Shown here: positions 39,219-49,278 of the stretch, in pieces
How the letters are laid out: the number at the start of each line of letters is the position of its first letter
How positions within the stretch are numbered: position 1 is the stretch's first letter
Virus record (IMG/VR): IMGVR_UViG_2558860226_000001
Location: 1-64,000 of that record
From: a virus
Taxonomy: Duplodnaviria > Caudoviricetes
Length of the DNA stretch: 64,000 nt
Direction: 5' to 3' (one strand)
Made by a program: the position numbers and the translations under genes
The notes under the pieces: model-generated
Told to the model about the DNA's origin: nothing
What the model saw: only the letters and a program-made list of their open reading frames with translations
The model's database searches: none

Positions 39219-39653
39219 TTATGCAACCTCGTCGGTGACTTCTTTAGTCTTGACGGTGGGGTCTTTCTCAACATCAACAGGCTCGCGGCCATGTCGAGAT
39301 TCCCGGCGCTCTTTTGCAGCAGCAACGGAACTTGCATCTTCTGCGTGATAAACCAGTGTGTTATTGCGCTCCAGATTTCTAATTAAATCGGGGTAGGTTG
39401 ATTTGACCAACTCCCATTTATCGGCGTCGACAACGGTGTGGCCAAACAGTCCGGTTGGCAGCACGCCTTTTTCCTGTCCCAGCAAGTGGAACGCGTTGCC
39501 TTTAAGGGTCACTCCCGTGCCATCAAAATGAATACCGTGCGGGTGATTGAGGCGAACATGAATTTTACCTGACATAGAATTTCCTGATTCAGAAAAAGAA
39601 GCGGCCTCTAATGAGGCCGAATTGTCTTGTTGCTTACGTGGACGTCCGCGCAT
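39219..39653 (-). CDS. Hypothetical head protein (start may be 39575)
   Basis: ORF between capsid and connector. Confidence 0.65.
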   Translation of the reverse strand: MRGRPRKQQDNSASLEAASFSESGNSMSGKIHVRLNHPHGIHFDGTGVTLKGNAFHLLGQEKGVLPTGLFGHTVVDADKWELVKSTYPDLIRNLERNNTLVYHAEDASSVAAAKERRESRHGREPVDVEKDPTVKTKEVTDEVA

Positions 39654-39654
39654 A

Positions 39655-40665
39655 TCACATGCCCGTCATCTGAGCGACAGCAGCCGGAACCCGAATAACG
39701 CCGCCGTAGGTGGTCGAGGTCACTTTCTGGCTGTATGAGGACAGACCCGGAATGATACGACCCATGCGCATTTTCTCACCAAAACCTAATAGGCCCGTTT
39801 CATTGCCGAGAACCTTGGGCGCGATAAACATCATTGTCTCAACACCACCGCTTGACAGCTGGGGCAGGCTGACAATGGTCAAATTGCTGAAATAGGTTTC
39901 CAGCATTTTCAGTACCGACACATTGAAATCGGTCGCGCCACCCAGCAGAGTGCGCAGGCCGGGCGACATGGTCAGGATCAGCTCATCTTTTTCCGACACC
40001 AGACCCTGCAACTGATTAACCAGACGTGTAAACAGCGTCAGGATATCGTTGTAACGCTGGACAGTGGTTTTAGCTGACCACGCAGTTGAACTGCCTGTGC
40101 CAGTTGCAGCGGCGGTAATTGCCGCAGTCAGATTCGGATCATTCAGAACGCCATAGATTTCCTTTCCTGACACGCCCAGCAGATAGAATTTATTGGCGTC
40201 GATGTCGATAATCGTCGCAGCAGCACGCTGTTTGTCAGCAGCCAGATTGATTTTTGCCTGCGATGCCATATCTGCTTCCAAATCACCATACTGAATAATG
40301 GTTTGGAACCGATACTGTTCGCGGGTAAACCACTCTTGGTTAACGCCTGCAACGCCGAATTGCCCGAAATCACTGTATGCAGCGGTATTACCGGTAATTT
40401 CAGATGCACGCCATTTGAAATACGGTGCTGTCCAGTCGCCCTTTTTCTCTTCCGGGTAAAGTTCACGCGCATTACGCGGCGCGGTCATGATTTCGATGAC
40501 AGTTGGGTCAATGTACGCCAGCAGTTCAGCCGGTACGGTTGAGTTCGCGGAGGTGATTAACGCGGCATCCTGTGCGATTGCTGCGCGGTTTTCCGGGGTA
40601 ATCCACATGCGACCGCCGGGAAACACGAACCCGTATTGTTTTGCCTGATCAAACGTAATATTCAT
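39655..40665 (-). CDS. Major capsid protein (DUF2184-like)
   Basis: KKGDW..YSDFG..NKFYLLGV..YGVLNDPNL; GGAG SD. Confidence 0.87.
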   Translation of the reverse strand: MNITFDQAKQYGFVFPGGRMWITPENRAAIAQDAALITSANSTVPAELLAYIDPTVIEIMTAPRNARELYPEEKKGDWTAPYFKWRASEITGNTAAYSDFGQFGVAGVNQEWFTREQYRFQTIIQYGDLEADMASQAKINLAADKQRAAATIIDIDANKFYLLGVSGKEIYGVLNDPNLTAAITAAATGTGSSTAWSAKTTVQRYNDILTLFTRLVNQLQGLVSEKDELILTMSPGLRTLLGGATDFNVSVLKMLETYFSNLTIVSLPQLSSGGVETMMFIAPKVLGNETGLLGFGEKMRMGRIIPGLSSYSQKVTSTTYGGVIRVPAAVAQMTGM

Positions 40666-40738
40666 TTTGTCTCCATGCAGGCGCGACAAATACCACTCTT
40701 ATTTCAGAGTGTGCACGTCACGCCAGATTATTTAGTGT

Positions 40739-41233
40739 TTATGCGGAAGCTGGGTTCCAGTTGGAAATGACAGCAAGGCCAGAAGTTGAGTCAACGCCTT
40801 TACAAACAAACGTGGTCTCGACGAATCCTGACACGGTGGCACCAGCAGCGGCAAAGTGCACCGAACCATTGGTTTTTGATGCAAATGCTTTCTGACCTAC
40901 TGTAGGCACTGAACTGTTGTCGTATGTGACATAAAACTCGCCGATTTTTGCCACGGTCAACGATGTGTTATCTGGCAGCGTCATAGTCGAACCAGACGTC
41001 AGCGTAAAATTGTAGTAGTTCAGCAGGCGCTCAATGAACCCAACCGGCGCGTCAGAGCCGGATGTGGATGATTTGACCTGTGTGTTATCACTGCCAGCGA
41101 ATACAAACTGACCCACATACACGGTATTTTCTGCTCGTGGATTGAACGGCAGATACACAACCGGATTTTGTGACGCCCGATCGCCCTTTACTGCCGGGGC
41201 GTAAAACTGATTTACCTGAGATTGCAGACCCAT
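40739..41233 (-). CDS. Capsid decoration / cement protein
   Basis: MGLQSQVN..AVKGDRASQNP; between protease and capsid. Confidence 0.72.
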   Translation of the reverse strand: MGLQSQVNQFYAPAVKGDRASQNPVVYLPFNPRAENTVYVGQFVFAGSDNTQVKSSTSGSDAPVGFIERLLNYYNFTLTSGSTMTLPDNTSLTVAKIGEFYVTYDNSSVPTVGQKAFASKTNGSVHFAAAGATVSGFVETTFVCKGVDSTSGLAVISNWNPASA

Positions 41234-41246
41234 TTACAGGCTCCCA

Positions 41247-42761
41247 TTAAAGACGAATATTTGCCAAACCGGCGAATTTGCCATCCAGTTTCGCGGGTTT
41301 GTTGAATGCTGAGTCACCGACCGGCGCAGGTTGAGATTGTTTCTGCTGCAGCATAATTTCTACCATACCAGCGTAACCAGCAGGTTCGAATTTACTGGTG
41401 TCGATGCCCTTCGCTTTCAGTGCGTGAGCATAGATGTCGGCAGCGGAGTCAAACGCCATTGCATCAACTTTGCCGCACAAGCCCTCAACCTTGCTTGCCG
41501 CCGTGGTCAGCGCCTTAGCCCGTTCGCGCTCGGCCTGAGCCACTTTCTCGGTTGCTGATTTGATTGCGGCATCCATGACGGCCTGTGTCACCACGTCTTT
41601 TTTCTCCTGATTTTCTTGACCGCCTTCCGCGCCGCCAGCAGAACCGTTTTCGTCATTGGCTGGAACCATCAGGCATTTCAACACCGCATCAATAGTTTCA
41701 GGCGGTACGCTGGCCTGCTCCAGAATTTGTTTGATGCTCTCAGCCGGTGATTCCGCATCATATGCCGGTGATTCCTCTTCCTGTTGCGGCTCTTCTTCCA
41801 CGCCGTCGCCGATTTGTTTTTCCTCTGGCTCAACAACTTGCTCGGCGGCCTCTAGCGCTTCAGCCAGTTCTGTAGGATCGATTTCAATATCCTGCGCCAA
41901 CAGCGGCGCAAATTTCTGCACTGCGGCTTTAGCAATCGCAACAGGGGTTTTGTTTGCTCGCACCAGAGCAGTTAATTCGCCCGGTGCGGCGTCTTGCGCC
42001 AGCAGTGGTTTCAGGTGAGCTGCCAGCGCAGAACGCAACGCCACCCCTTTACGATTCAATTTCTTCATCGTATCTATTACCTTTTTTTGTGAGAGATTAG
42101 ACGGCATTGCGTCATGTACATATACATCCGGGCCAGCCCGGCCTTTTTCCACCAGCGCAACATGGTTTCCCCTCAAATTGCGCATGACAAAATCATAATT
42201 GACACCGTTGAATTCACCCGGAGTGAAGTCCGGTTCGAAAAAATATCCGCAACTAATTTCACGCAGCGTGCCGTTATTGATTTTTTCAATCGCGTCCGAA
42301 TCAGTGACAATCAACGCATTATCAAGATACGGAGCACTCCAGACAGGCGTTGTGCCGATTGATCCGATCCGAAATTCTTTGAGCGGAGCATCTGCGCTAT
42401 CCTGTCGGTGTTCGCGCAGCAGGGGCATTCCATTAAATGTGTCTCTGGCCTTTTCCAGCTCTTCGCCAGACCTGTAACCGTAGTAGACGCGCTCAGGTTC
42501 GAGGTTTAATTCCTGCCAGCCTGGAATCTCCTTGCCCAAATACGGAGCGACTTGTTCTTTTGTTAGATGGGTCTGACTAACGTGCAAGTAGCCGTTTTCA
42601 TCAATTCGGCGGCGCGATGGCTCAGAATCTAGTGCTATTTTTCTGTCACCAATATAACCATTGGCATATGCTGCCTTTTCTGCTTCTTCTGCTTTTTCGC
42701 GTGTGGGGAATGGCCCTTTTGACCCAAACCACCAGCGGCCATTTTTTTTATGTACTGGCAT
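41247..42761 (-). CDS. Head maturation protease/scaffold (DUF2213-like)
   Basis: REISCGY..GNHVALVEKGRAGPDV; acidic helical C-terminus. Confidence 0.87.
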   Translation of the reverse strand: MPVHKKNGRWWFGSKGPFPTREKAEEAEKAAYANGYIGDRKIALDSEPSRRRIDENGYLHVSQTHLTKEQVAPYLGKEIPGWQELNLEPERVYYGYRSGEELEKARDTFNGMPLLREHRQDSADAPLKEFRIGSIGTTPVWSAPYLDNALIVTDSDAIEKINNGTLREISCGYFFEPDFTPGEFNGVNYDFVMRNLRGNHVALVEKGRAGPDVYVHDAMPSNLSQKKVIDTMKKLNRKGVALRSALAAHLKPLLAQDAAPGELTALVRANKTPVAIAKAAVQKFAPLLAQDIEIDPTELAEALEAAEQVVEPEEKQIGDGVEEEPQQEEESPAYDAESPAESIKQILEQASVPPETIDAVLKCLMVPANDENGSAGGAEGGQENQEKKDVVTQAVMDAAIKSATEKVAQAERERAKALTTAASKVEGLCGKVDAMAFDSAADIYAHALKAKGIDTSKFEPAGYAGMVEIMLQQKQSQPAPVGDSAFNKPAKLDGKFAGLANIRL

Positions 42762-42845
42762 GGAATCACCTTTTTATGGCAATAAAAAAGACCACCTAGG
42801 TGGTCTTGATTGCGTTAACTTTTATTTCTATGCATCGCGCATAGA

Positions 42846-43634
42846 TTATTTGGGTATCACCGGTCTCATATCACACTTGCAGTTAACGAGCTGACCCGGC
42901 ATCACATGCTGTCTTTCATGCGGATCCCAACACCCCTTTGAGATGCTGAATACCTCGCCATTCATTTTGACATGTGACTCTCGATAGGTTTTGCTGCCAC
43001 CTGCACGATGCACCCATATTGCCTCGGTAATACCAGCTGATTTACAACGCTCAACAGCAATTGCATTCGAGGCTTTGGCGTTTTGGTCACGGGCTATCAC
43101 TTTTGCTCTTCTCTCGGTAACGCCGTAGCGCTTTTTTAACTCGTCTTTGAGATATCCGACATCACGCCCACGCGTCACGCTTTCCTGAACCAGCACCCCT
43201 ATTTGCGTTAGGTATTGCTCAGGTATGGACTTGATTAGCGTTACCTGTGTTTCATAAAGCGAATCGAGGACATTTTTCACCTCTGGCGTAACTTTGAAAT
43301 TGACAGTCATACCAGCGGCGCGGAGTTTATTGCTCACTGACGTTGATGCGTAGGTATTTGAGCGATTGACGAACCACAGAGCGATTTCCTTTGCGCGTTC
43401 ATCAAATTTCTTTTGCCACCCCGCCATTATCTCCAGCAATCGGCTATGCACCGATTTTGCCGGTGATGCGTCGCCGACTATTTTTGACTCCTGTCGTTTG
43501 TATTCCGCGACAAGCCAGTAGTTAACCGAGTTGTTCATTTCCTTGGTTAGCGATATCAACCTCCGGCGATATTCCATTTCCAGACCCGCGTTCGGAGACG
43601 TCGCCTTGGCTGTTTTCGGTTTCCGCTTCTTCAT
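42846..43634 (-). CDS. Minor head morphogenesis protein (Mu gpF-like)
   Basis: LIKSIP, RA.VIARDQ..K, RESH, PGQLVNCKC. Confidence 0.85.
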   Translation of the reverse strand: MKKRKPKTAKATSPNAGLEMEYRRRLISLTKEMNNSVNYWLVAEYKRQESKIVGDASPAKSVHSRLLEIMAGWQKKFDERAKEIALWFVNRSNTYASTSVSNKLRAAGMTVNFKVTPEVKNVLDSLYETQVTLIKSIPEQYLTQIGVLVQESVTRGRDVGYLKDELKKRYGVTERRAKVIARDQNAKASNAIAVERCKSAGITEAIWVHRAGGSKTYRESHVKMNGEVFSISKGCWDPHERQHVMPGQLVNCKCDMRPVIPK

Positions 43635-45117
43635 TTTGCATCTCCGGCACAGCATCAGCATCAATTCCAGCAAATCCGCTGGCTGGGTCGTTAGCCAATA
43701 ATTTGCGAACCTCCATTGCATCCAGCACACCGTTTTCCAGATAAGTGGCATGTGTCTGGGCGCGGATAGATTGAGCCTCAGCCGCCGCTTTGTCGTCGGA
43801 TTCATTCAGACTGACAAAATCAAACGTCACTGAGCGATTCAATTTCCCCAGCTTGACTATCTGTAAAATGTCGAGGACTTTTTGCAGACCTTTGCGGAAT
43901 ACTTTTTCCTGCTGCGTGCTGATGTGGTCGTTGTAATTCTTGAGGTCAGCGTCGCCCGTATTAAATCCGGCGGGTGATATACCGAGTAATTTAACAGCCG
44001 GAGTACGGTTAATGGCGACAATCATTTCCAGTTGCTGACGCACAATATCAGTTACACCAGATAGCGGTGTGTTGATATTGACGTATTCCTCCATTTCCTT
44101 ATCAATCGCCAGAATCCCATCATTTGAGCGATACGCAGACATATAGGCCAGCCGCGAATCGAGAGATTTTGTTGAGTTCGGATTGGTCAGAATATCCTGC
44201 ATATCAGTCATCAATACAGTCTGACTGAATTTATCCAGCAACCTGGACTCTGCTACACGAGCATCCTGAAAATGGATTACATAGTCATACAGCACCTGCG
44301 CTTGCGGAACGCCGAGGAAATTATAGTTCGCCTTTAACAATACCGGCACCTCATTGCCGCAGATGCGAATTATCCGGCTAGCGTGAACCTCTTTCCCCAG
44401 CACCCACCATGTGCGCGGCTCAAAATAATCAGACTGCAATGGATTTGTGGACTGATACAGTCCGGGAAATACGTTGATTGGCTCAATAACAGTAAACCGC
44501 TTGAGGTTTTTCAGTTCCGCCGACATTTCGGAAATGTCCAACGGGGTGAGTAAATCCCGATCATCTGCACCTGTATCGATGTAGATTAAGCACCCGCCGA
44601 AATATCCGTCAAATTCCGCCGCCTTGTGGAACACCTGCCGAACGCAGAAATCAATCAGCGCATCATCCAGTGTTTTTTTCTCGTCAGAACTGTCGCCGTC
44701 TCCATTTGTATCAACCGCGCTAATCTCTATCCATTCGCGTGTCATATCATCAGCGACGGTCTCAATGCAGGCACGGATTAGGCCGTTTTGCATCAGCGAT
44801 GATAGCGCGGCATATCCCATGAATGACGGGCCTAGCGAATATCCCTGCCCCATCTCAAAAGCGTGCTGAATCAACGCATAACCGCCAGCGTCTTCCATCG
44901 AGTGATCCATTGCCATTCTGGCCGAATCTGGCGTATGCAGCGTTCTGGCCGGGCCGTACATTGATTTGATTTGCTCAATTGTCGGCAAGGCATATGTGGG
45001 ATCTGACATGGATTCTATTTTTGCCATCATCGCGGCGGATGTGGTTAATCCGCGTCGAGTATTAGGCGTAGCAAGTCCCCGCCGAGCAGACGCGGTGTTT
45101 CTGTTTTTGCGTGACAT
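43522..45117 (-). CDS. Portal protein (DUF1073-like)
   Basis: ADDMTREW, VHASR, P.VKLLGISPAGFN; follows terL. Confidence 0.87.
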   Translation of the reverse strand: MSRKNRNTASARRGLATPNTRRGLTTSAAMMAKIESMSDPTYALPTIEQIKSMYGPARTLHTPDSARMAMDHSMEDAGGYALIQHAFEMGQGYSLGPSFMGYAALSSLMQNGLIRACIETVADDMTREWIEISAVDTNGDGDSSDEKKTLDDALIDFCVRQVFHKAAEFDGYFGGCLIYIDTGADDRDLLTPLDISEMSAELKNLKRFTVIEPINVFPGLYQSTNPLQSDYFEPRTWWVLGKEVHASRIIRICGNEVPVLLKANYNFLGVPQAQVLYDYVIHFQDARVAESRLLDKFSQTVLMTDMQDILTNPNSTKSLDSRLAYMSAYRSNDGILAIDKEMEEYVNINTPLSGVTDIVRQQLEMIVAINRTPAVKLLGISPAGFNTGDADLKNYNDHISTQQEKVFRKGLQKVLDILQIVKLGKLNRSVTFDFVSLNESDDKAAAEAQSIRAQTHATYLENGVLDAMEVRKLLANDPASGFAGIDADAVPEMQNEEAETENSQGDVSERGSGNGISPEVDIANQGNEQLG

Positions 45118-45124
45118 AGTGCCT

Positions 45125-46411
45125 CTAGCGGAATGGACGACGCGCCCGATGTTGGGCTTGTTTGATTAATGCTGGATTGATGTTTATTTTCCCCTTGCCC
45201 TTAATCATCGGCGCGAGGGCATACCTTGTGGCATCAATAAAATGGTTGTGAGCATCGACAATATCAGTCAGAACATCACCGGTAAGCCTGTCGGTCTTGT
45301 AACTGTATAGCCTCGCCTCTTTTAGCCATTCCTTGCAGCGAGAGTGGATAATGATTTCTTTGTAACTGCGCAAATGAGCAATACCATCCTCTACGCTTCC
45401 CGTCCATTTCTCAACACCGGTAATTTTTGGCAGATTATTGCGTTTACCATTACCTGTTGATTTGACGTGACTGATAGTTTCCGGTCTCGCAGAATCGGCG
45501 CGAATAACATGCTCTTCAATTTCAGGAAGGCGCTGAATCATAAAATCAGCAATGTCATCGTTTTCCAACCCGACTTTTCCAGCCTCGTATTCGATCCAAA
45601 GCCTGTCATTACCGACCCAGCACTTAACGCCAGCGGTCGGGTCTTGGCTAAATCCCCAGTCAATACCGTAATATGGACCATCCCAATGGGCTTCTGGCTC
45701 AAATTCAGCCACACGATATTTACCAGCCAGAATTTGTGCATCGCTATTTTCCCGATATGCGCCGTCCCAAATCCATGCATACGTCTGGTCGTCCAATCTG
45801 TCTCGGTCATTCAGCCGTTCTTGGTCGAGAACATCGGGAAACCACGGATTATCTGTGTAATTCAGTTCGACAATTTTCGCGCCATCTGGTTTTTTTTTCC
45901 TGAATCGCGTATCTGTGGGGCTACCGTCCTTTTCAGGGTTCCACGTTACCCAAACTTCCGAACCCTCTTCACGCACGGTTGGCAGCAATTTTTGCCACGC
46001 TATCTCGCTGACTGTTTCGGCTTCATCAATCCATGCTATCAGTATGCGGGCTTTGGATTTGATGCTGTCGAGATTATGCCGCAAGCCGGAAAACGCATAC
46101 CAAACCCGGCGATTTTTGGTGCGAATGTATCTGTCACCAATATCAAAATAATCACTCAGCCAGGATACGGAACGAATAGCCTGCTTAATTTCCTCCATAC
46201 TGGAGTCTTCAAGCGAGTTCATAAACTCACGAGCGCCGAGAATAACACCAGAAACGCCAGCTTCGGCGAACATATACGCCCGAATAGCAGTCATCAAGGC
46301 AAATGATCGAGTTTTCGCCGATCCTCGACCACCGTATGCGCCGCGATAACGCGCTTCGCCGCTAAATACCGGGATTAGCTTCGGTGGTAATTCAATCCGT
46401 GCTACTGACAT
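45125..46411 (-). CDS. Terminase large subunit (PBSX-type)
   Basis: Walker A GGRGSAKT, WIDEAE, GIDWGF, NHFIDATRYAL. Confidence 0.95.
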   Translation of the reverse strand: MSVARIELPPKLIPVFSGEARYRGAYGGRGSAKTRSFALMTAIRAYMFAEAGVSGVILGAREFMNSLEDSSMEEIKQAIRSVSWLSDYFDIGDRYIRTKNRRVWYAFSGLRHNLDSIKSKARILIAWIDEAETVSEIAWQKLLPTVREEGSEVWVTWNPEKDGSPTDTRFRKKKPDGAKIVELNYTDNPWFPDVLDQERLNDRDRLDDQTYAWIWDGAYRENSDAQILAGKYRVAEFEPEAHWDGPYYGIDWGFSQDPTAGVKCWVGNDRLWIEYEAGKVGLENDDIADFMIQRLPEIEEHVIRADSARPETISHVKSTGNGKRNNLPKITGVEKWTGSVEDGIAHLRSYKEIIIHSRCKEWLKEARLYSYKTDRLTGDVLTDIVDAHNHFIDATRYALAPMIKGKGKININPALIKQAQHRARRPFR

Positions 46412-46817
46412 CTGGAGCCACCAATTTAATTACTGATGGTTTTGGGGACATAGAGCCATCTGACGAGATATGATCAACGATCTGCTTATCCAGCCCGGTA
46501 AGTTTTGCTTTCCCCAGCGTGGCGGCAACCGCAGCAGATGATTGCGGGGTTTCAGCGCCCAGTGCTGCCTGTCGGGCTTCTTCAAGTTCAGCCAGCAACG
46601 AATCAACCGTGACATTGTGACGCTGTTTAATTTCACCCTGCAATTCAGATACCCTTAGTGCCACCTTAGCGTTATCAAGCAGCTTGCTTGCGTTTACATG
46701 TATTGCTTCCGGCTTCATCTTGTCAGCAGCATACGCCGTGCGATAAGCCTCGGAAGCGTTACCCGTTTCGATGTATGCCTGACAGAAAGTCTCTTGCTTT
46801 ATAGTCAGACCTGTCAT
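46392..46817 (-). CDS. Terminase small subunit
   Basis: LTIKQETFCQAYIETGNASEAYR.AY. Confidence 0.92.
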   Translation of the reverse strand: MTGLTIKQETFCQAYIETGNASEAYRTAYAADKMKPEAIHVNASKLLDNAKVALRVSELQGEIKQRHNVTVDSLLAELEEARQAALGAETPQSSAAVAATLGKAKLTGLDKQIVDHISSDGSMSPKPSVIKLVAPDVSSTD

Positions 46818-46948
46818 TCAGAATATCCTGCTGGTTTTGCTTGATGCTTGCCCGGTGATTTTTGATACCACCCTCAATGAGACTTATATAAAACTCTAAA
46901 ATGCACCCCAATAAGACGCGCATTGTGGAATTTTATAAATTGATGGAA

Positions 46949-47248
46949 TCAATTAAACGGGGCAATCCCGTATTTCGATGTGAATTGCGCGGTGGTGAGA
47001 TTAGTTACGGTGCCGGTAGTGTTATCGCCGACATAAACCGCTTCACCAGATTTCGCCATCATGAACGGAAAAAATGATTTATTTCTTGTCTGGCAGAGCC
47101 GCGCCCAAAACGCCAGCAGCGGTGATGCCGGCTGAAATGACAAGCGCCTAGCAGATTCCTCTGAGCAGCCAAGACGCAAGGCAACGCCAGCAACAGATAG
47201 CCCACCACCCCAGTAAAGCGCAGTCAACAGCTCCTTAGTCACTTCCAT
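46949..47248 (-). pseudogene. Chimeric remnant (HTH-like start joined to unrelated tail)
   Basis: LLTALYW.GGLSV..VA.RLGCS then abrupt change in sequence character. Confidence 0.4.
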
Positions 47249-47628
47249 TCGATATCACCCTCAACGCCTTTGGCTCTTAGCTGCCGCTCTACTTCTGCTC
47301 GGATATCGACTCGCCAAAGGTCTCGGCTTTTCGGGAACCCCGACCCGTACACCCATGCGATCATGTCGCGGATTTCAAATCCTGCGTCCTCAATACGCGC
47401 AGCCATTCGATGCTGTGTACGTGTACCAGCAAACGCTAGCAGGTGGCCGCCAGGCTTCAAAACGCGCAGACATTCAGCCCAGACATCAACGTCTGGCACA
47501 TCGTAGTCCCATTTTTTACCCATGAATTTCAGGCCGTAAGGCGGGTCAGTAATGATGCTATCGACTGAGCTCTCTGGCATTGTGCGCAGTACATCTAAAC
47601 AGTCGGAGTTGTGCAATGTGTAGGTCAT
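47239..47628 (-). pseudogene. N-terminal half of a beta-class N6A/N4C DNA methyltransferase
   Basis: DCL..L..M...SVDSIITDPPY..LKPGG..GFPKS; no FxGxG half. Confidence 0.8.
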
Positions 47629-47782
47629 GACAAAAACATCTCGCGTTCAGCGGCGTCAGTAAGCCAAGTGCTCTCCGCATAGATCACGACGAAGATAGAA
47701 AAGGTTTTCTTGATGACGTTGACACACAGCCAGCACTTGTCAGCAAAAATCCGGAGTTAATCAGCGGTTCCGATTTATCGGA

Positions 47783-47869
47783 TTATTTACGCAGAGAAAA
47801 CAACAAAACAGTAATCAGCAGTCCAGCGCAGAAAACAAGAAATCCGGGCGCCATCAGATAGCCCGTCAT
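47783..47869 (-). CDS. 28-aa hydrophobic peptide
   Basis: MTGYLMAPGFLVFCAGLLITVLLFSLRK; ATGA overlap with o-spanin stop. Confidence 0.35.
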   Translation of the reverse strand: MTGYLMAPGFLVFCAGLLITVLLFSLRK

Positions 47870-48090
47870 TTTGATTTACCCTCGCAATTGGCTTGCCAGC
47901 TACGATTATGAGCCAGAATGTCTTTTTTGGTCTGCGTATCGAGAACCTTGACATCATTGACTGTCAGATATATTGGCTTGACCCAGTTACATGACGTATC
48001 AACGACCACCGGAGCCGGGGCGTGTCCAGTTGTTGAGCAGCTCGTTATCGACAGCGCTATCAGAGAGGTGATTAATAGTTTCTTTAACAT
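47866..48090 (-). CDS. o-spanin lipoprotein (Rz1-like)
   Basis: Lipobox LSITSC; VVDTSC.W.KPI..HN..W...C; overlaps i-spanin. Confidence 0.82.
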   Translation of the reverse strand: MLKKLLITSLIALSITSCSTTGHAPAPVVVDTSCNWVKPIYLTVNDVKVLDTQTKKDILAHNRSWQANCEGKSK

Positions 48091-48280
48091 CTGACGCCTC
48101 TTTCGTTACTTTAACTTGCCGTTCCGCGACAGTTTTTGTTGCCGTTATAACCGATTCCGATTCCGCCTTTCCCGCCGCTGACTTTGCCTCATTCTTGCCT
48201 TTTGAGTGGCCGAGACCGAACGCAGCGGCAATGGCAGCAATTACGGCAGCAATCGCAGTCAGTATCATGTCAATGCTCAT
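47999..48280 (-). CDS. i-spanin (Rz-like)
   Basis: N-terminal TM helix then coiled region; overlapped by lipoprotein. Confidence 0.78.
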   Translation of the reverse strand: MSIDMILTAIAAVIAAIAAAFGLGHSKGKNEAKSAAGKAESESVITATKTVAERQVKVTKEASDVKETINHLSDSAVDNELLNNWTRPGSGGR

Positions 48281-48483
48281 GATTGCTGGCCCTGCTGAAT
48301 GACGCGCCCAACGATACCGGCCACAGCCACTACAGCAGTGATGATGCTCATTGCGCCTGCCGGAATTGCCGTCTTGAATTCGTCTGGCAATGAAACCCAC
48401 ATTGCAGGAATTGCGCCGGAAATAGCCAGGGCGTGCACGCTAAACCATCGCCACGCCTGTTTCCAGTCTTCGATTATTTTCAT
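48277..48483 (-). CDS. Holin-like two-TM protein
   Basis: IIEDWKQAWRWFSV..two hydrophobic segments..GRVIQQ. Confidence 0.7.
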   Translation of the reverse strand: MKIIEDWKQAWRWFSVHALAISGAIPAMWVSLPDEFKTAIPAGAMSIITAVVAVAGIVGRVIQQGQQS

Positions 48484-48962
48484 GCGACTACTCCGCCACT
48501 TTGTTTATAAACCACAATCAACGTATCGATAGAATGCTCGCGCTGGCCGTAACCCGCTCCCGGCAGTGACGCCCATATATTGCAGCATTTGCCGATAGCC
48601 GACTGAATCCGTCCAGCGATAACATCATCCAATGCTTTCCGCTCTCGGATTAACTGTGTCGCCAAAGCGTCCTGCGAATTAGGGCCAAAATCTGGCAGTT
48701 TTAACTGCGCCTTGTATGTCGGCCAGTAGCGGTAAAGTTGTTGATAGCGGCCAGAGGCCGTGGAGCGCTGCCCTTGTTTGTTGAAGATTTTTCCCGGACG
48801 ACCATTAGCGAATGGATGATTTTGGTAGTCAGTAAATATCTCCGGTTTACCATCAATACCAGTAACAATGACATCGTAACCGCGATTACGAGTGATCGGA
48901 TGTGTTGAGGTTCCCTCGGAAAATGCCAGCACATCCAAAAACGCAGTCAGATTTTTATTCAC
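48480..48962 (-). CDS. Endolysin, lambda R-type transglycosylase
   Basis: AFLD.LA.SEGT, STASGRYQ, IWASLPGAGYGQ.E. Confidence 0.93.
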   Translation of the reverse strand: MNKNLTAFLDVLAFSEGTSTHPITRNRGYDVIVTGIDGKPEIFTDYQNHPFANGRPGKIFNKQGQRSTASGRYQQLYRYWPTYKAQLKLPDFGPNSQDALATQLIRERKALDDVIAGRIQSAIGKCCNIWASLPGAGYGQREHSIDTLIVVYKQSGGVVA

Positions 48963-48969
48963 GCTTACC

Positions 48970-49278
48970 TCAAAAACGAATATCGCTACTATTACGCAAC
49001 TCAGCGTAATTACGCTGAACAGACTGAGAGCGCTGCTGCTCAGACGGGACTATCACTGTCACGTTGGGCTGGTTTTGCTGCGTCGTCAATTTTGCGTTTT
49101 CCGATGAAAGCCTGGAATTTTGCATATTTGCCGCCGTCAATCGTCGAGTCATCGCTGATGACTCTTGCCCGATTTGATACCCGCAAAATGCGGTCAGCGC
49201 GATAAATAACAGCGGCATAAATCTGATGCTGTATTTACCAAAAATTTTGATGTCATTGTTTCCGACCATCGTCATCAC
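48970..49278 (-). CDS. Single-TM membrane protein in lysis cassette
   Basis: One TM helix plus polar tail; overlaps holin stop. Confidence 0.6.
   Translation of the reverse strand: MMTMVGNNDIKIFGKYSIRFMPLLFIALTAFCGYQIGQESSAMTRRLTAANMQNSRLSSENAKLTTQQNQPNVTVIVPSEQQRSQSVQRNYAELRNSSDIRF

Noticed and set aside
43635-43805. Upstream extension of the gpF-like ORF
   Set aside because: It lies inside the portal gene; ATG 43634 with a GGAG SD is the more plausible start
43522-45117. Portal as an anti-CBASS Acb1 protein (a label sometimes attached to this family)
   Set aside because: Size and position after terL fit a portal, and no 2H phosphoesterase HxT/S pair was recognised
45467-46306. 279-aa plus-strand ORF
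   Set aside because: Antisense to the terminase large subunit
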